Shown in pieces: positions 23,700 through 29,076 of a stretch of 29,076 nt of DNA. Each line of letters begins with the position of its first letter. The first letter of the stretch is position 1. Made by a program: the position numbers and the translations under genes. This DNA comes from Octopus sinensis (lineage: Eukaryota), in contig NW_021836490.1 of assembly GCF_006345805.1 (NCBI RefSeq), forward strand, positions 1 through 29,076, written 5' to 3'. The notes under the pieces are model-generated. The model was given only the letters and a program-made list of their open reading frames with translations. It was not told where the DNA came from and searched no databases.

Positions 23700-23900
23700 T
23701 GGGCGGTGAACTGGTAGAAGAGTTAGCACGTCGGACAAAATGCTTAGCAGTATTTCTCCTGGCTATTTTCGTTCTGAGTTCAAATTCCGCCGAGATCTAC
23801 TTTTCCTTTCATCCTTTCGGGGGTCGATAAAATAAGTATCAGATACAATAGATACCACTCGCTAAAATTGCTGGCCTTGCACTAAAGTTTGAAACACTAA
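23700..23900 (+). mobile_element. SINE family C copy
   Basis: GGCGGTGAACTGGTAGAA..TTCTGAGTTCAAATTCCGCCGAG..TTTCATCCTTTCGGGGGTCGATAAAATAAG..ATTGCTGGCCTTG. Confidence 0.82.
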
Positions 23901-23986
23901 CAAAATAATACTAATGGCGTTTAGGGAGTTCTAATTTAGCCTCAAAGTGGAAAGCGGAAATAGCCTTTTATATCGACCCCAGTTTG

Positions 23987-24050
23987 GAATCGAAACCACA
24001 ATCTTACGATCATGAATCCAACACCCTAACCACTAAACCAGCGCCTCCAC
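23987..24050 (-). mobile_element. SINE family B head fragment
   Basis: Minus strand GTGGAGGCGCTGGTTTAGTGGTTAGGGTG..GGTTTCGATTCC; tRNA-like A/B boxes. Confidence 0.72.
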
Positions 24051-24334
24051 GAACAACGGTGATACTTGATGCTGATTTACAATTTCGACCAGATTATGGC
24101 AAATTTGTTACTATTCTGGCCATCGAAGTCACATCTACGGCTTGATGTTGTGCTGTTTATTTTGTGTATAAACTGCTTCCATCAGGGAAAACAATTTTCA
24201 GCCCTAACAATACTGTACAAAATATACATAAGCCATAGCTGATCATAGTTTAACATGTCAATCGCCACGGCCTGTTACTGGAACTTATCGGTGACTCCAC
24301 GTACCTCTGGGTACACGGTATACTGTATACTGTA

Positions 24335-24754
24335 GGCGGCGAGCTGGTAGAAACGTTAGCGCGCCGGACGAAATGCTTAGCGGTATTTTGTCTGCCGTTA
24401 CATTCTAATTTGAAATTCTGCCGAGGTCGACTTTGCCATTCATCCTTTCGGGGTCGATTAAATAAGTACCAGTTATGCACTGGGATCGATATAATCGACT
24501 TAATCCCTCTGTCCGTCCTTGTTTGTCCCCTCTATGTTTATCCCCTTGTGGGTAGTAAAGAAATAGGTATTTCGTCTGCCGCTACGTTCTGAGTTCAAAT
24601 TCCGCCGAGGTCGACCTTGCCTTTCATCCTTTCGGGGTCGATTAAATAAGTACCAGTTACGCACTGGGGTCGATATAATGGACTTAATCCGTTTGTCTGA
24701 CCTTGTTTGTCCCCTCTATGTTTAGCCCCTTGTGGGTAGTAAAGAAATAGGTAT
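24335..24754 (+). mobile_element. Two head-to-tail SINE family C units
   Basis: Unit 1 spans 24335-24567. Unit 2 restarts internally at TATTTCGTCTGCC and ends at 24754. Confidence 0.9.
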
Positions 24755-25625
24755 AATGTATTATTTATAAGAGAACATAATTCTTTTACATTTGTACAAT
24801 ATTTCATAAAGAACTCACATGTTGTTTAAATATCCTCGAAACCACGTCAACGATACAGAGTAAAATATTTTCTCAAATTATGAGAATGTACCGCCAGTGA
24901 TGCATAGGTCGGCTGCGTGAAGTTTGCGATGAACCGCCGGTGGTAGACGTGACAGTTAATGTGTTAAGGCAAAGCCATCATTGCAGTATGAAATCGAGTA
25001 TTTTACGAGGGCTAATACATTCACGCCTGTTCACGGAGCTCTCAACACCCGATATTAATATCTACATTTTGTCTTTTTTTTTCTGTTTTAAAGTCGAACT
25101 CTCTACACTCAACTATCAGAATATAGAACAAACTTCCTTTGGCAGTCATCAAAGTCATCTCAGCTGACGAGATACAAACTATCAAAAGCCGCTGAAACAC
25201 AGTCAGCTCCTGTCAACGCTTCTTTATCGGAAGCGCAGTGAACCAGTGATTGGCCCCCAAACAACCAATGAAGCCATTGTTCAGAGAGGCATGCAATAAT
25301 AAGAAAGGAAGAAAAAAATAAGAAAAAAGCAAAAAAAGACCAAGAGCGAGTCGATTAAACCGACAGAGCCCTCCCTAAAACTATTTTCTTCTTCGCTCTT
25401 TTGTGATTCAATTTGTTTTTGATTACGTTTTTCAACAACGATCGCTGCAACAACGACAATTACAACAACATGAAGAATATCGAAAACACACACCAACAAG
25501 AACAACAACAACAACAACAACGATGGCGACATCGACGACGACTATATTTATTTTGCGCTCATTATTTCGTTTACAGAACGGTTGGTGACCGAATCGAGCG
25601 AAACTGTTATATACGCCCCGGGCTG

Positions 25626-26345
25626 CGGTGGCGGTGGTGGTGGTCGCGATGGATGGGGGGGGGGTTGTGATGGTGGTGGTGGTGGGGATGGGGGGTGTCG
25701 GTGATAGTGGTGGTGATGTGGAAAGAGAAGAGGCTGTAGTAGTGGTAATAATAATGGTGATGGTGGTGGTGGTGGTAGTAGTAGTGGTGGTAATAATAGT
25801 GATGGATGTGGTGGCGGCGGTGGTGGTGGTAATAGTGGTGGGGGTGGGGGTTTGCGGCGGCGGCGGTGGTAGTGACGGTGGAGGCGGCGGTGGCGGTGGC
25901 GGTGGCGGTGGCGGTGGCGGTGGCGGTGGCGGTGGCGGTGGCGGTGGCGGTGGCGGTGGCGGTGGCGGTGGCGGTGGCGGCGGTAGTGTGTAACGGCGGT
26001 GGTGACGGCGGCGGCGGCGGCAACGGCGGAAGCGTTGGTGGTAGTGGTGGTGGTAGTGGTGGTGCTGGTGGTGGTGATGGTGGAGGACATGGTTGTTTTA
26101 GTTGTCTTCAGTAAGGCAGAGGTTGATGGTTAAGAAATGATACCAGTAATAGTAATGGGACATGTGGCAGTCTGGGTGGTGGTGGTGGTGGTGGGTTTGG
26201 TGGTGAGGTTGGAGACGGTGTTGAAGGCTGTGCTAGTGAAGTTTGTGGTGCTGGTGATAGAGGTGGTGAACATGGTGGAGGTGGAGGTTGTGGGAGTGGT
26301 TGTGGTTGGGGTGGGCTGGGATGGCGGCGATGGTCATGGTGGTGA
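25626..26345. repeat. G-rich (GGT/GGC/GAT)n compound repeat including a pure (GGCGGT)n tract
   Basis: Visible; the hexamer tract spans about 25887-25984. Confidence 0.93.
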
Positions 26346-26444
26346 TGCTAAGATCTTGAAAGTGAACCATACAGAAATGGAATGTAAACAAAAGAAAAGA
26401 AAAAGAAAAAATGAAAAGCTTCTTTAAGATGGCGACATAGAATC

Positions 26445-27760
26445 GATATATATATATATAATCATTATATGTATGTGCGTATACACACATGAACACATAC
26501 ACACACACCCACATATATATATATATTATATATATATTTATAATTACATATATATATTTATATATACATATATATATTATATCTTTATATATACATATAT
26601 ATATACATATATACACACATTTATATACACGTTTCTATAAATATATGCGTATGCATATGCATAATAATGTGTATGTGTATATATATGTATGTATATATAT
26701 TTATATGTGTGTGTGTGTGTATCTGCGTGCGCATATGTGTACGTGTGCGTGTATGTGTGTGGTTTCTGTTTGAATGTATGTATATATATATATATACGTG
26801 TGTGTGTATGTATATATATATGTATGTATATACATATATATGTGTATGTATATACACACATATATATATACACATTCATACATACACACTTACACACATG
26901 CCTACAAATACACATACACACACACGCATATTCAGATGTAATAATCCCATATTAATCCCCTAATACCCTGCAACAAAATACGTACATAATAGATATGTTA
27001 TGTATGTATATCTGTGTGTATAAATGTATATACGTACACATACGCGAACACTTATATGCAAATGTCAGACAAACACATATACGCACATCAGACGCGCGCG
27101 CCCGCGCATATACACCCGCACGCACATAGACAAAAGGTAATTGTATAATCGATTCAGTTTTAAAAGTTTTCAGCGAACGACGCCAACTTTCTGACAAGAT
27201 TTCCACCTCAGATCTTCGATACAATACAGGATGGAAGGAGGAGGAGGGGAGAGGAGAGGAGGAGGAGGAAGAGGAGGAGAAGATGGAGAGAGAGGGAGTG
27301 TGTGCGTGTGTGTATGAGAAATGAAGGGGAGTCTCTGTGAAACGTGGAACAGTAAATACAAAACGAAGACAATAACTTCGTATAATATAATGATAATAAA
27401 ATAATAATAATAATAATAATGAGAGGACGAGGAGAGAAGAGAGAAGAAGAAGAAGAAGAAGAAGAAGAGGAGGAGGAAGAGGAGGAGGAGGAGAGAGGAA
27501 TAGGAGGAGAGGAGAAGAAGAAGAAGAGAAGAAGAAGAAGAATGAAGAAGAAGAAGAAGCAGGAGAAAGAAGAAGAAGAAGAAGAAGAAGAAGAAGAAGA
27601 AGAAGAAGAAGAAGAAGAAGAAGAAGAAGAAGAAGAAGAAGAATGCTCTAGTACCGGCTGCAGTCAGAGGCTGTGCTCCCGCTGAAGGTCGAAAATACCA
27701 CCACCACTACAACAACAACAACAACAATGATAATAATAATATGTAATAATAATAGTAACC
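26445..27760. repeat. (AT)n/(AC)n/(GT)n arrays, then (AGG)n, (AAT)n, (AAG/AGG)n and (AAC/AAT)n
   Basis: Visible simple repeats with a unique spacer at about 27060-27240. Confidence 0.92.
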
Positions 27761-27761
27761 T

Positions 27762-27972
27762 TCGACTATAGGCACAAGGCCTGAAATTTTGTGGGAGAGG
27801 ACTAGTCGATAACATTGATCCCAGTATTTCACTAGTACTTTAATTCATCGACACCGAAAGGATGAAATGCAAAGTGGACATCGGCGGGATTTGAACTCAG
27901 AACGTAAAGACGGACGAAATGCTGCGAAGCATTTTGTCCAGTGTACTAACGATTCTGCCAGCTTGCCGCCTT
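27762..27972 (-). mobile_element. SINE family C copy
   Basis: Reverse complement of GGCGGCAAGCTGGCAGAATCGTTAGTAC..TTCTGAGTTCAAATCCCGCCG..TTTCATCCTTTCGGTGTCGATGAATTAAAGTACTAG. Confidence 0.85.
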
Positions 27973-27973
27973 A

Positions 27974-27988
27974 ATAATAATAATAATA

Positions 27989-28024
<36 letters not shown>

Positions 28025-28042
28025 GATGATGATGATGTGATG

Positions 28043-28093
<51 letters not shown>
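27974..28093. repeat. (AAT)n-(GAT)n-(AAT)n microsatellite
   Basis: Visible runs. Confidence 0.97.
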
Positions 28094-28095
<2 letters not shown>

Positions 28096-29023
28096 CCAAA
28101 GAGAGCGAATTAATGCAGCGTTGACAAAGCCCTGACCCATCAATGGCTAATGGCCTCTGGCTTAAAATCTGAAACAGAAGGGTTTATCATAGCAGCTCAA
28201 GATCTATGCCTACCAACAAGAAACTACTAGGCCAACATATTAAAGAACGGCAGTAGCCCAACATGTCGTGTATGTCAACAAACAAAATGAAACCATTGAT
28301 CATGTTGTCTCAAGGGCAGTCTTCTAGCGCCTACAGAGTATCTCAACAGGCATGCTAGAGCTGCACAATATATTCACTGAGTAATTTGCAAAAACCTGGA
28401 TTTGCCCCATGAAAAAAACTGGTGGGAACACAAACCACCTCCAGTGCTTGAAAATGACCACATCTCACTCGTCTGGAACTTCACCATTCAAACTGACAGA
28501 AAGATAGATGCAAATAGGCCAGACATCATATTGAAAGACTTCAGACAAAGAACATGCCTCCTCATTGATATGACTGTCCCAATCGATATGAACGTATCTG
28601 TCAAGACCTACCAAAAACTGAGCAAATATAAAGATCTTGAAATAGAAATCAGCAAAATGATGGAATCTGAAGACTAAAACAATACCTGTAGTCATAGGTG
28701 CCCTGGAATGATAGCAAAGGGGGATTGCTACCTAACTCAGATGCCAGGAAACCCCAAAATGGCAGAGAAATTCAAAAGGTAGTGTGCTCATGGCAACTGC
28801 GCATATCCTACGCAAATACTTTCTATGTAATCTCAGTTTTAAAACAAACATAATTTTCGTATGATTTTTTGTAGACATTCACTCGTACAACACTAAATAC
28901 AAAACCAAATATATGGCACACTAGGCATAACAACAACAGAACTTCCCACCTGTTGTCTCTTGAGGTCTCTGGGTGAGACTTGGAGCCAACTTGTACAAAT
29001 ATAAAGCAAAAGTCAAATATAGA
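28094..29023 (+). mobile_element. 5'-truncated R4/Dong-type non-LTR retrotransposon (zinc knuckle + restriction-like endonuclease + 3' UTR) within (AAT)n
   Basis: GLKSETEGFIIAAQD..CRVC..TIDHVVS (CCHC knuckle remnant)..RH..WWEHKPPPVLENDHISLVWNFTIQTDRKIDANRPDIILKD..LLIDMTVP..KLSKYKDLEIEI..TIPVVIGALG; stop near 28830; 3' UTR ends in (AAT)n at 29024. Confidence 0.9.
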
Positions 29024-29076
29024 ATAATAATAATAATAATAATAACAATAATTTCTTTCTTTATTGGCCACAAAGG

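Noticed and set aside
25161-25210. CTGACGA-GATA..TATC..GAAAC-ACA-GTC hammerhead-like string
   Set aside because: Ten extra bases separate stem II from GAAA and stem I cannot form; AGCTGAC simply pairs with GTCAGCT.
25548-26114. Pro/His/Gly/Ala-rich ORFs resembling transcription-factor low-complexity regions
   Set aside because: Open in several frames on both strands because of GGT/GGC repeats; no DNA-binding domain or flanking exon found.
27419-27685. Poly-Glu/Lys ORF
   Set aside because: Translation of an (AAG/AGG)n microsatellite.

Overview
Repeat-saturated eukaryotic non-coding DNA with no recognisable host protein-coding exon. The SINE families, microsatellite load and retroelement content point to a cephalopod, most likely Octopus (recognition from memory, not a search result). 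Roughly 40% is simple sequence repeat, and almost all six-frame ORFs are microsatellite artefacts. Supported mobile elements: two decayed Penelope-like elements (RT + C-terminal GIY-YIG, Naiad-like), two R4/Dong-type LINE fragments, an RTE-type RT fragment, a hAT transposase remnant, Tc1/mariner and hAT MITEs, and three tRNA-derived SINE families. The most notable structures are: (i) two intact-core type I hammerhead ribozymes with a long stem II in the inverted terminal repeats of the Penelope-like element at 17.8-20.3 kb; (ii) a 253-bp near-perfect palindrome built from smaller hairpins; (iii) a six-copy satellite of SINE heads with alternating variants; (iv) the same 184-bp head-to-tail SINE junction at two separate loci; (v) retroelements sitting inside specific microsatellites.
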